Assembly (NCBI RefSeq): GCF_025352425.1
Contig: NZ_JANXTI010000103.1
Coordinates: 20,964 to 84,963 of the forward strand
Length of the DNA: 64,000 nucleotides
Origin: Flavobacterium sp.
GTDB taxonomy: Bacteria > Bacteroidota > Bacteroidia > Flavobacteriales > Flavobacteriaceae
Direction: 5' to 3'
In this document: positions 39,744-47,949 of the stretch, piece after piece
Numbering within the stretch: the stretch's first letter is position 1
Layout of the letters: every line of letters begins with the position of its first letter
Notes under the pieces: generated by a model
What the model saw: the letters and a program-made list of their open reading frames with translations, nothing else
The model's database searches: none
What the model was told of the DNA's origin: nothing
Translations under genes and position numbers: made by a program

Positions 39744-41489
39744 TTATCTAATAACCAATTTTCTTGAAGCTGTTTTTCCTTCTTCAGTAATTTGAACGAT
39801 GTAAACACCAGCATTAAGTGCTGCTACATTAACTGCATTGTCATTTGTTGAAGTGCTTAAAACTTTTTTACCTAATACATCAAAAACAACAACTGTTTTT
39901 TGAGCATTTGCAGAAGTTTCGATGAACAATGTTCCGTTAGAAACTGGGTTTGGATACATTCTCAAACCTGCAATAGCGTTGTTTTGGCTAACACCTAATA
40001 GACCGGCAATAGAAGTTGTGATTTTTAATTCATCAACAGTAATTGCTGGAGTTGATGATGCAGCATCCTGTCTTAATAAAAATCCTCCTAATGTAGCAAT
40101 TGCTGCTGCTGGAGTATCTGTTAAGTCAGGTGTAGTTGCATTTGTTAATGTAGCAAGAGTTGGATTAAACCAAGCTTTCAAAGTGTTTGACGCAAAGTCA
40201 TATCCTAAAACTACACATACAACATCACCAACATTAAATAAAGTAGCTGCATAATTTGTAGTGCTAGTTCCGGATGTTAATCCAAGTTGATATTGAGTTC
40301 CAGATTTTTTAAGGAATAATCTAGCCTTAAAGTTAGAAGCTACACCATCAGTCAAAGCTACAAAATAAGTTTGAGTTCCATCTACAGTTACGGTTGAGTA
40401 ATCAGTAATATTCATTAAGAATCTAGCGTATAATCCTCCATCTGCAGATGTTGTAGCAGTAAATGGAGTTTGACATTCAGCGCCAGTACCAACAAAAGAA
40501 ACTGAGTTTCCTGTTGAAGTAACTCCAGTGTAACTTAAATTTCCTGCAACAGCAAGAACACTGTCTCCAGTATTAGCATTTGACCAAGTTTGATTTGCTC
40601 CCAAAGCAGTTCCAGGAGTATATGGAAATTTTTCTTCATAAGGCAATGCATTGGCTGGTTTACAATCTACAGTAGCAACAGCATTAGCATCATATGTACA
40701 AGTTCCTTTAGCTATGTGCAAAGTAAATCCTGTTCCTTCAGTAACACCACTAACCACTATGTTTCCTGCTGCAAGGGTAGCTGGATTATCTCCTCCAACT
40801 GTTCCTGACGAAGGCGTGAAAGTGTATGCTCCTGATGTTCCACCAGTATAAGGGATTGTAACAGTATAGGTATCAGTTCCAAATGTAACTGCATCACAGG
40901 CAGTAGTTGGGGTTGCAAGTGATAAAGTACATGAAGCATTAAAATTGTATACTTTAACATCATCAATTCTCATTTGAGCCATAACCGTAGGCTGAGAAAA
41001 ACGCAACGATAATGTTGTAGATGATGGAATTACACCAGTAGGTATAGTAATTAATTGCCATCCAGCTACATTTGTATAGGTAATTGCAGTCCATGTTGGT
41101 GTTGCTGCTGATGCATTCGTGCTGAATTCAACAATTGGTTGCACAGTTGCTGTGGCATTTAACCCAAATGACAATTGCAAATTGGTTGCAGGAAAAGCAG
41201 ATGTATTAATACCATCTATTTGAAAATATTTTCCAGCAGTATTTGTTATAAATATATTCCCACCACCCGAAGCTCCACTATAACCACTAGATGCACTAGA
41301 GATTCTTACATCAGCCGTTCCAGAATAAGCAATAGGTGTTGAATTTTGGAAAGTAGCAGGAGCAGTACCAGTTGCGTACGTTGCAATTACGGTAGTTCCA
41401 GTTGGAGTTCCAAAGTTTTCAGTGTAGATAGTTTGCCCAAAAGAGGCATAACTAACTACCAGTAATAGTAAAGAGTAGATTTTTTTCAT
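39744..41489 (-). CDS. T9SS-secreted protein of unknown function (type A C-terminal sorting domain)
   Basis: Signal peptide, a Thr/Ser/Ala/Gly-rich body, and a C-terminal YPNPVSNG...FDVLGKKVL...GVYIVQI...RKLVIR sorting domain. Confidence 0.8.
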   Translation of the reverse strand: MKKIYSLLLLVVSYASFGQTIYTENFGTPTGTTVIATYATGTAPATFQNSTPIAYSGTADVRISSASSGYSGASGGGNIFITNTAGKYFQIDGINTSAFPATNLQLSFGLNATATVQPIVEFSTNASAATPTWTAITYTNVAGWQLITIPTGVIPSSTTLSLRFSQPTVMAQMRIDDVKVYNFNASCTLSLATPTTACDAVTFGTDTYTVTIPYTGGTSGAYTFTPSSGTVGGDNPATLAAGNIVVSGVTEGTGFTLHIAKGTCTYDANAVATVDCKPANALPYEEKFPYTPGTALGANQTWSNANTGDSVLAVAGNLSYTGVTSTGNSVSFVGTGAECQTPFTATTSADGGLYARFLMNITDYSTVTVDGTQTYFVALTDGVASNFKARLFLKKSGTQYQLGLTSGTSTTNYAATLFNVGDVVCVVLGYDFASNTLKAWFNPTLATLTNATTPDLTDTPAAAIATLGGFLLRQDAASSTPAITVDELKITTSIAGLLGVSQNNAIAGLRMYPNPVSNGTLFIETSANAQKTVVVFDVLGKKVLSTSTNDNAVNVAALNAGVYIVQITEEGKTASRKLVIR

Positions 41490-41513
41490 TTTTTTTTAAA
41501 TTTAATTAGCCTA

Positions 41514-41521
41514 CAAATATA
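41514..41521 (-). promoter_or_regulatory. -7 box TATATTTG for gene 41489
   Basis: TAnnTTTG match 24 nt upstream. Confidence 0.45.
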
Positions 41522-41595
41522 AGGACAAATTTGATTTATAAAAAAAAAGAATGTAAAAAAATGATTAAAAAATGATTAATTTTCAGAAAGTACAA

Positions 41596-41904
41596 CTATC
41601 TGACAATTAGTTTTCTAGTAGCGGTAGTATCGCCTTCAGTAATTTTAATGATATAAACACCTGGTGGAATAGAAGTAATATTTAACTCGCGGGATGAAAT
41701 AGTGGTTTGTAATACTTTTTTCCCCAAAACATCAAATATCAATATTTCTTTATCTAAAGAAGTTTTTGAAGTAATGTATATTTTACCATTACTAACTGGA
41801 TTTGGATAAAAACCTAAGCCTTCAGTAGGCTGCTTTCCTTCTTGTGAAAAACTCACTAGAGAAAACAAAAGAAACGCGATTATTATAAAGTATTTTTTTT
41901 TCAT
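41596..41904 (-). CDS. mini-protein: signal peptide + T9SS type A sorting domain only
   Basis: MKKKYFIIIAFLLFSLVSFSQ, then an approximately 12-aa linker, then YPNPVSNGKIYI...FDVLGKKVL...GVYIIKI...RKLIVR. Start trimmed from 41970. Confidence 0.7.
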   Translation of the reverse strand: MKKKYFIIIAFLLFSLVSFSQEGKQPTEGLGFYPNPVSNGKIYITSKTSLDKEILIFDVLGKKVLQTTISSRELNITSIPPGVYIIKITEGDTTATRKLIVR

Positions 41905-41923
41905 GACTTCAATTTGGTTAAAA

Positions 41924-41931
41924 CAAATATA
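41924..41931 (-). promoter_or_regulatory. -7 box TATATTTG for the mini-CTD gene
   Basis: TAnnTTTG match 19 nt upstream of ATG 41904. Confidence 0.45.
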
Positions 41932-41958
41932 CAAAAAATATATTTCAAATAACGTACC

Positions 41959-41988
41959 AAAAAAAAACATCCCTATATTTAGGGATGT
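41959..41988 (-). terminator. terminator of the TonB receptor-lipoprotein operon
   Basis: Stem ACATCCCTA/TAGGGATGT with a 4-nt loop, followed by an 8-nt T-run on the minus strand. Confidence 0.75.
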
Positions 41989-42012
41989 TTTAACACTTAT
42001 TGGATTTACTTT

Positions 42013-43209
42013 TTATTGAATAAGATTTACACTACCCACAGTTGCCCATGCTCCTGTAGTTAACATAGCTCCTGTGGCTGATGTACCTGTAGTAAATTGT
42101 CCACTTGGGAAACTAATGGTGAAGGTAGCGTTCAATGGAGCTCCGATTTGATTGTCGGTATTGGTGTAGGTTACGTTTGTTAATTTTATTTTAGAACCGT
42201 TAACTTGATTATTGTTGGTGGTTGCATCTTGAATTTTTACAACATTGGCTGGATAAGTTATACTTCCTTCGGTATAATTTTTATAACCGTCAATAATAAT
42301 GTTGCTAAAATCACCATTGCCTTCTTTTTTAAATTGAAAGGCATCCACTTGCACATCACCTACCACTTCGGGAGTGCAACCTGTAGCTCTTTTTAGTGTT
42401 ATATTCGTAACTTTTGGCCAATAATTATTATTTTGCCCTGATGATTCTATTTCCATACCATAATTTCCTTTTGTTACTTGATATCCATACCAATTGGAAT
42501 TATTTTGTCCTTGCCATCCATCTTGCCAATCAAAAGCATCATCGTAATTTCCGTACGAAATAGCATTGGTCATACTCACTGTTCCACCAAAAAACTCATA
42601 TCCATCATCGGCACCCTTGTAAGAAACCAAGTGATCTAATATGGTTCCTGAACCACAAGAATAAAAAGTAAAACCATTATTTTCTTTTTGCCCGTCAGCT
42701 AATTTTGCACCCGCATACTCCACTCTTACATAATTTAAAGAACCGCCATTATGAGCAGGATTTGTTCCGCCATAATATAATGAGTTTCCATCTTCAGAAA
42801 GTATAGAGGTTAAACCACCTGCGCCATGAATAGGAGCATCACCATACATAATGATTCCACCCCAAGAACCCGGTACGCCTGATAATTCTGTAAAAATTAC
42901 GGGTTGTGATGAATTTCCATTAATAATTAATTTTCCACCATTTAATACCACAAGAGCATTGTCTCCTGTTGCTTTATTACAGGTAATGGTTGAGCCTGCA
43001 TCAAATGTTAAGGTTGTTCCTGCCGCAATTTTCACGATACCTCTTAAGGTGTAGTTTCCAAAAGAGAACGTTTGGTCAGCGGTATATGTTCCGGTAATTT
43101 CACCTGTAACAGGTTGAACACTAGTTACAGTTTCATTATCATTTATGGTGCAACTTGTAAAAAAAGCACTTATAAAAAATAGACTTAATACAATTTTTTT
43201 CATTTTCAT
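42013..43209 (-). CDS. surface lipoprotein, unknown function (beta-helix-like repeats)
   Basis: Lipobox FFTSC. Repeated G-rich turns (VVLNGGKLIINGNSSQPVIFT, GGIIMYGDAPI, FFGGTVSMTNAI). Lies 38 nt downstream of the TonB receptor gene. Confidence 0.55.
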   Translation of the reverse strand: MKMKKIVLSLFFISAFFTSCTINDNETVTSVQPVTGEITGTYTADQTFSFGNYTLRGIVKIAAGTTLTFDAGSTITCNKATGDNALVVLNGGKLIINGNSSQPVIFTELSGVPGSWGGIIMYGDAPIHGAGGLTSILSEDGNSLYYGGTNPAHNGGSLNYVRVEYAGAKLADGQKENNGFTFYSCGSGTILDHLVSYKGADDGYEFFGGTVSMTNAISYGNYDDAFDWQDGWQGQNNSNWYGYQVTKGNYGMEIESSGQNNNYWPKVTNITLKRATGCTPEVVGDVQVDAFQFKKEGNGDFSNIIIDGYKNYTEGSITYPANVVKIQDATTNNNQVNGSKIKLTNVTYTNTDNQIGAPLNATFTISFPSGQFTTGTSATGAMLTTGAWATVGSVNLIQ

Positions 43210-43247
43210 TTTTTATTAATGTTATTATTTTATTTATAATTTAAGTT

Positions 43248-46031
43248 TTAAAAAGTGTAGGTAAAATTTAGAGAGAAACCCACTCCTTTTTTATATTCCT
43301 GAATGGTTCTTGAATTGGCAATAAAGTTTACTAAAGAAGAGTCATTATCTTTTCCGATTTCATATTTCCTAACCGGATTTAAAAGGTTATTTACACCAAA
43401 CTTTAAAGCATATTTCTCTGAGATTTTGCTATTCCAAACAAAATCTAATTGTTGAAATGGTAATTCATAAATATGATCTAAACCTAATGAACCCACACTA
43501 TAAATTCGTTTTCCAAAAACACCATAAACTAATGAAACGGTGTTACTCCACTTGCTATTTAAATCAAATTGGTATTTTACATCAGAATTAATTAACCATT
43601 TTGATGCCCCTTGTAATTCTCTGTTTTGATGTGTTTCAGCTGATGGAATAGTGTTTCCGGTTGGAATGTCAATAGTTGTTGGGCTTACGACTACTTTACT
43701 ATGCATTAAAGAAGTATTAAATCCAAGAGAAAAATTAGTTAAGCTTTTGGATAAACGTGCTAAATCTAAAATCCCCTCTATTTCTACACCATATAAATCT
43801 GCTTTGTCAGAATTCAAAAAGGTAGTAATATTTCCCCCTGCTTCACCTCTAAAAGTTCTTTCAATAGGATTGTCAATATGTTTTGCAAAAGCACCAATTA
43901 CAAAAAGTTCTTTGTTGGTTGGGAATAATTCATACTTTAAATCTATGTTGATATTGTCACTATTTTCAAGATAAGGATTTCCTTGAATACTTGTCCCGTC
44001 ACCATTGATATAGGAAATAGGGATTATTTCCATCGTTACAGGTTTAGTATAATTTTTTGAAGCAGCAAAACGGATGTTAGCTTTTTCAGTCACTGCATAC
44101 TTAACGTTTAGAGACGGCATTAGGTAATTTTTATCAAAAGCTTTCTTTTTATAAGGGTCTGTAAACGAACCATTAAATCTGTAACGGATGTCACGGTTGA
44201 ATTTTTCAAATCGTAATCCACCGGTAACTTCCCACTTCTCACCAAATTTCAGCAATAATGAACTATAAGTAGCATTAGTATTTTCTACCATTTTCACTTT
44301 ATAACTTGAATTTGAATTTTCCTGATAATTGAAAACACCATTAACTAAATCTTCATTTAACTGAGCATCCAATTCGTTAAGAGGTTGCGTAAAGTTTTCA
44401 CTGCCATTTGTTTTGACAAATCGGTAGGATGTTTTGGTATAACCACCGTTTCCGTTATAACCAATAGATAATTTGTTTTCTTTTCCCCCAAATTTCAAAT
44501 TATATTCTAAAAAACCTGATGCAAATACATCTCCGGCAACATCAAGATACTGCCTGATAAAATTGTTTCCGCCATAACTTACTGTTACATCTTCATTTTG
44601 CAATGAACCTCTGAAAAACTTTCTGTCCGGCTGCTCATACGAAGTTTTTGCCATAGAAATACCTCCTTTAAGAGTTTGCGATTTGTCTTCTTTGATATTG
44701 TATTCCCCCAAAAGTTGAGAATCTATATAATTTGATTGATCAAGTTGATTGGTTCTTACAATCACATTTTTATTATCTAGATTGTTATCAAAAGCTCCAA
44801 CCTGATCCTGAATCAAATTATCAGTAGAACGCAAGTAGAATGTGTTTGAAGTAAAATTAAATCGCTTAGCTTTATAATACAAGCTTAAAAGTGAAGCTGC
44901 CGAAGTTTTATAATGACTTTCCGTTTTAGAAGTTTTGTTATTAAAATCACCATTAATACTAAAAGTGTTCTCGGCACCCTTAGTTTGGGTGTAGCTATTG
45001 TCGGCATTCAAAGACAATAAGTACGAAAATGTGTCGTCATTTTTTAATTTGAACTTTTCTGAATGTAAAAATCCAATACTAGTATTTAATGGGCTTTTGG
45101 TTTCATCAACATCCCATCCTGATTTAAACGACTTTTGTGCCTCAGCCGTCGTAAGTTGATGATTGGTTGGGACACCACCTAAAACGCTTGGCAACTCTCT
45201 ATCGCTTCCGGTTAAACCAAAAAAACCTTTTGTCGTATTGGCATCTTTAGCAATCGAAAAAGAATGTATATTATTGTCGGTTGTATAGCCTACTCCAAGA
45301 CTTAACTTAGTTTGGCTATTGGAATTTTTGGTCGTCGCAATATTAAAGGTTGCCCCTGCGAAATCACCTGAAATGTTAGCATTAAACGTTTTGTAAACAT
45401 CAATAGCACTAACAATATCAGTAGAAAACATATCTAAAGGAATAATTTTTCTATAAGGATTGTTAGAAGGAACAGCCAATTCATTCACTAATAAATTATT
45501 GTATCGGTCTTCTAAACCTCTGACAAATAATCCTCTTGACCCAACCTTGCTGATTCCGGTTATTTTTGTTAAACCCTGTTCAACGTTACTTACACCTTTT
45601 CTGGCCATTTCCTGTGCGCCGATACTTTGTTTGATTTCGACAGCTTTTTTCTGTTCCATTAACAAAGTGGTTTCTTTTTCCCGGCTTCCGGTATTTTGAA
45701 TAACCACATCTTTCAACTGATAGCTCCCGGAGCCAAGAGCTTTGTTAAGCGTTACGGTTTCCCCGGTCTTTACTTCAACTTTTTCTTCTAAAGTTTCATA
45801 ACCTAAAAAACTAAATTGAATCGTATAACTTCCGGGATCAACACTAATAGAATATTTCCCCGTTTCGTCTGTAGTTACTCCAATGCTTGTTCCTTTTATT
45901 ACTACATTGGCAAAAGGAAGTGTCTCATTATTTAAATCTTTATCTGTTAAGGTTCCGGTAATAATTCCTTTGTTTTGGGCAAAACCAAGAACAGTTATAA
46001 GCAAAAATGTAACAATTAATTTAAATTTCAT
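43248..46031 (-). CDS. TonB-dependent receptor with N-terminal carboxypeptidase-regulatory-like domain
   Basis: Signal peptide, GIITGTLTDKDLNNETLPFANV domain, plug domain, long beta-barrel, and a C-terminal FTYTF. Confidence 0.9.
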   Translation of the reverse strand: MKFKLIVTFLLITVLGFAQNKGIITGTLTDKDLNNETLPFANVVIKGTSIGVTTDETGKYSISVDPGSYTIQFSFLGYETLEEKVEVKTGETVTLNKALGSGSYQLKDVVIQNTGSREKETTLLMEQKKAVEIKQSIGAQEMARKGVSNVEQGLTKITGISKVGSRGLFVRGLEDRYNNLLVNELAVPSNNPYRKIIPLDMFSTDIVSAIDVYKTFNANISGDFAGATFNIATTKNSNSQTKLSLGVGYTTDNNIHSFSIAKDANTTKGFFGLTGSDRELPSVLGGVPTNHQLTTAEAQKSFKSGWDVDETKSPLNTSIGFLHSEKFKLKNDDTFSYLLSLNADNSYTQTKGAENTFSINGDFNNKTSKTESHYKTSAASLLSLYYKAKRFNFTSNTFYLRSTDNLIQDQVGAFDNNLDNKNVIVRTNQLDQSNYIDSQLLGEYNIKEDKSQTLKGGISMAKTSYEQPDRKFFRGSLQNEDVTVSYGGNNFIRQYLDVAGDVFASGFLEYNLKFGGKENKLSIGYNGNGGYTKTSYRFVKTNGSENFTQPLNELDAQLNEDLVNGVFNYQENSNSSYKVKMVENTNATYSSLLLKFGEKWEVTGGLRFEKFNRDIRYRFNGSFTDPYKKKAFDKNYLMPSLNVKYAVTEKANIRFAASKNYTKPVTMEIIPISYINGDGTSIQGNPYLENSDNINIDLKYELFPTNKELFVIGAFAKHIDNPIERTFRGEAGGNITTFLNSDKADLYGVEIEGILDLARLSKSLTNFSLGFNTSLMHSKVVVSPTTIDIPTGNTIPSAETHQNRELQGASKWLINSDVKYQFDLNSKWSNTVSLVYGVFGKRIYSVGSLGLDHIYELPFQQLDFVWNSKISEKYALKFGVNNLLNPVRKYEIGKDNDSSLVNFIANSRTIQEYKKGVGFSLNFTYTF

Positions 46032-46053
46032 TTCGTGGTGTTTAAATCTGATG

Positions 46054-46061
46054 CAAAGAAA
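46054..46061 (-). promoter_or_regulatory. degenerate -7 box TTTCTTTG for the TonB receptor operon
   Basis: Lies 22 nt upstream of the start in the same GATGCAAA context as the strong boxes, but lacks the TA. Confidence 0.3.
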
Positions 46062-46093
46062 CTACCGCAATGTAAAGGTCGTGTTACTCCAGC

Positions 46094-46146
46094 ATTACCA
46101 TTTTGTTCTTTAACCATTACCAAATTGTTAAGAGATTAAATTACCG
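46094..46146. promoter_or_regulatory. three phased direct repeats ATTACC(A/G) in the divergent promoter region
   Basis: ATTACCATTTTGTT at 46094, ATTACCAAATTGTT at 46116 and ATTACCG at 46140. Spacings are 22 and 24 bp. Confidence 0.4.
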
Positions 46147-46221
46147 TTAACTCCGGTTTCAAATATCAATTCATTTTGTATTATCTTTACATTTACATCC
46201 ACAAAACAATTGTGTCCACTT

Positions 46222-46905
46222 ATGAAAAAAAAAGACATTAAGATTTTATTGGTAGATGATGAGCAGGATATCCTTGAGATTGTTGGATATAATTTATCCC
46301 AGGAAGGTTACCAAATTGTAACCGCTACTAATGGGAAAGAGGCAATAACCAAAGCCAAAAAAGAATTGCCCCAACTTATCATTATGGATGTGATGATGCC
46401 AGAAATGGATGGGATGGAAGCTTGTGAAAACATTCGGAAAATTCCGGAATTAAGCAACGTAATCATTACTTTTTTAACAGCACGAAGCGAAGACTATTCA
46501 CAAGTTGCCGGATTTGATGCCGGTGCAGATGATTATATTACAAAACCAATTAAACCAAAATTACTGGTGAGCAAAGTCAAAGCACTGCTTCGTCGTTTGA
46601 AAAGCGACGAACACGCTTCAGAAACTCTCAATGTTGGTGGCATCGAAATCAATAGAGAAGAATATAAAATCATCAAAGAAGGAAGAGAAATTGTGTTGCC
46701 ACGAAAAGAGTTTGAATTATTTTATCTCTTGGCATCCAAACCAGGGAAAGTATTCAAACGCGAAGAAATACTGGATAAAGTTTGGGGAAATGAAGTCATC
46801 GTTGGCGGAAGAACTATTGACGTTCATATTAGAAAACTTCGCGAAAAAATTGGTGAAGATTTATTTAAAACCATTAAAGGTGTTGGCTATAAATTAGAAG
46901 TGTAA
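46222..46905 (+). CDS. OmpR/PhoB-family response regulator
   Basis: Receiver domain (LLVDDE, IIMDVMMP, KP) plus a winged-helix output domain (RTIDVHIRKLREK...GVGYKL). Confidence 0.9.
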   Translation: MKKKDIKILLVDDEQDILEIVGYNLSQEGYQIVTATNGKEAITKAKKELPQLIIMDVMMPEMDGMEACENIRKIPELSNVIITFLTARSEDYSQVAGFDAGADDYITKPIKPKLLVSKVKALLRRLKSDEHASETLNVGGIEINREEYKIIKEGREIVLPRKEFELFYLLASKPGKVFKREEILDKVWGNEVIVGGRTIDVHIRKLREKIGEDLFKTIKGVGYKLEV

Positions 46906-47949
46906 ATGAAAATTAAATTCAAGAAAACCTATACGTTTGCTTTAGTTTCAACGTCTTATATTACCACTTTTTCTACAGGTTTTCTTGCGGTTTTATTATG
47001 GTTTTTCCATGAATTTTCACTTCCAATCCTCTTATTTTTTGCCGTTTCAATTAGCACATTTTCCTTTTTTGTTATCCAATATCGTGTCGAGCGGTTTATC
47101 TACCGAAGAGTTAAGAAAATCTATGACGACGTTTCGCTTTTAGAGTCTACGTCATTTCGCAGTCAGCCTATCACAACCGATATGGAAACCCTGACCAAAC
47201 AGGTTAAAAAATTCGCTACCGATAAAAAACTAGAAATCGAAATGTTGAAAGTGCGTGAGGAATACCGAAGAGAATTTCTGGGAAATGTTTCTCATGAGCT
47301 TAAAACGCCATTGTTTACTGTGCAGGGCTATTTGTCTACTTTGATTGACGGCGCAATAGATGATAAAAAAGTGCGAAAAAAATATCTGGAACGTGCCGAA
47401 AAAGGAGTAGAGAGATTGGTCTATATCGTTGAAGATTTAGATATGATATCCAAACTTGAAATGGGCGATGTAAATCTGGAATTGTCAAAGTTTAATATTG
47501 TTGATTTAGTGCAGAGTGTTTTTGATTTACTCGAAATGACCGCGGATAAAAAGAACATCATTCTTATGTTTGACAGAAAATATAACAAGGCAATAAATGT
47601 TTTCGCGGATCAGGAAAAAATCCAACAAGTGCTTTCAAATCTGATAATGAATTCGATAAAATACGGAAAAGACAATGGTACTACAGAAGTTACCATTGAA
47701 GATCTGGTAAACGAAAAAATAATTGTTCGTGTTCGCGATAACGGCGAAGGAATTGAAAAACAATATATTCCAAGATTGTTTGAACGTTTTTTCAGAGTAG
47801 ATAAAAGTGGCGCGAGAAGCGAAGGCGGTTCAGGTCTTGGACTTTCAATCGTAAAACATATTATTGAAGCCCAAGGCGAAAAAATTTATGTAGAAAGCGA
47901 GTTTGGCAAAGGTTCTGAATTTTCATTCACGCTCGAAAAGCACCAGTAA
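46906..47949 (+). CDS. sensor histidine kinase (two N-terminal TM helices, HisKA + HATPase_c)
   Basis: H-box VSHELKTPL, N-box, and G2 box GGSGLGLSI. Start codon immediately follows the regulator's stop codon. Confidence 0.9.
   Translation: MKIKFKKTYTFALVSTSYITTFSTGFLAVLLWFFHEFSLPILLFFAVSISTFSFFVIQYRVERFIYRRVKKIYDDVSLLESTSFRSQPITTDMETLTKQVKKFATDKKLEIEMLKVREEYRREFLGNVSHELKTPLFTVQGYLSTLIDGAIDDKKVRKKYLERAEKGVERLVYIVEDLDMISKLEMGDVNLELSKFNIVDLVQSVFDLLEMTADKKNIILMFDRKYNKAINVFADQEKIQQVLSNLIMNSIKYGKDNGTTEVTIEDLVNEKIIVRVRDNGEGIEKQYIPRLFERFFRVDKSGARSEGGSGLGLSIVKHIIEAQGEKIYVESEFGKGSEFSFTLEKHQ

Noticed and set aside
40590-40966. Several 66-72 aa ORFs on both strands
   Set aside because: They all lie inside the 581-aa T9SS substrate gene. 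The biased Thr/Ala/Gly codon composition keeps the other frames open.
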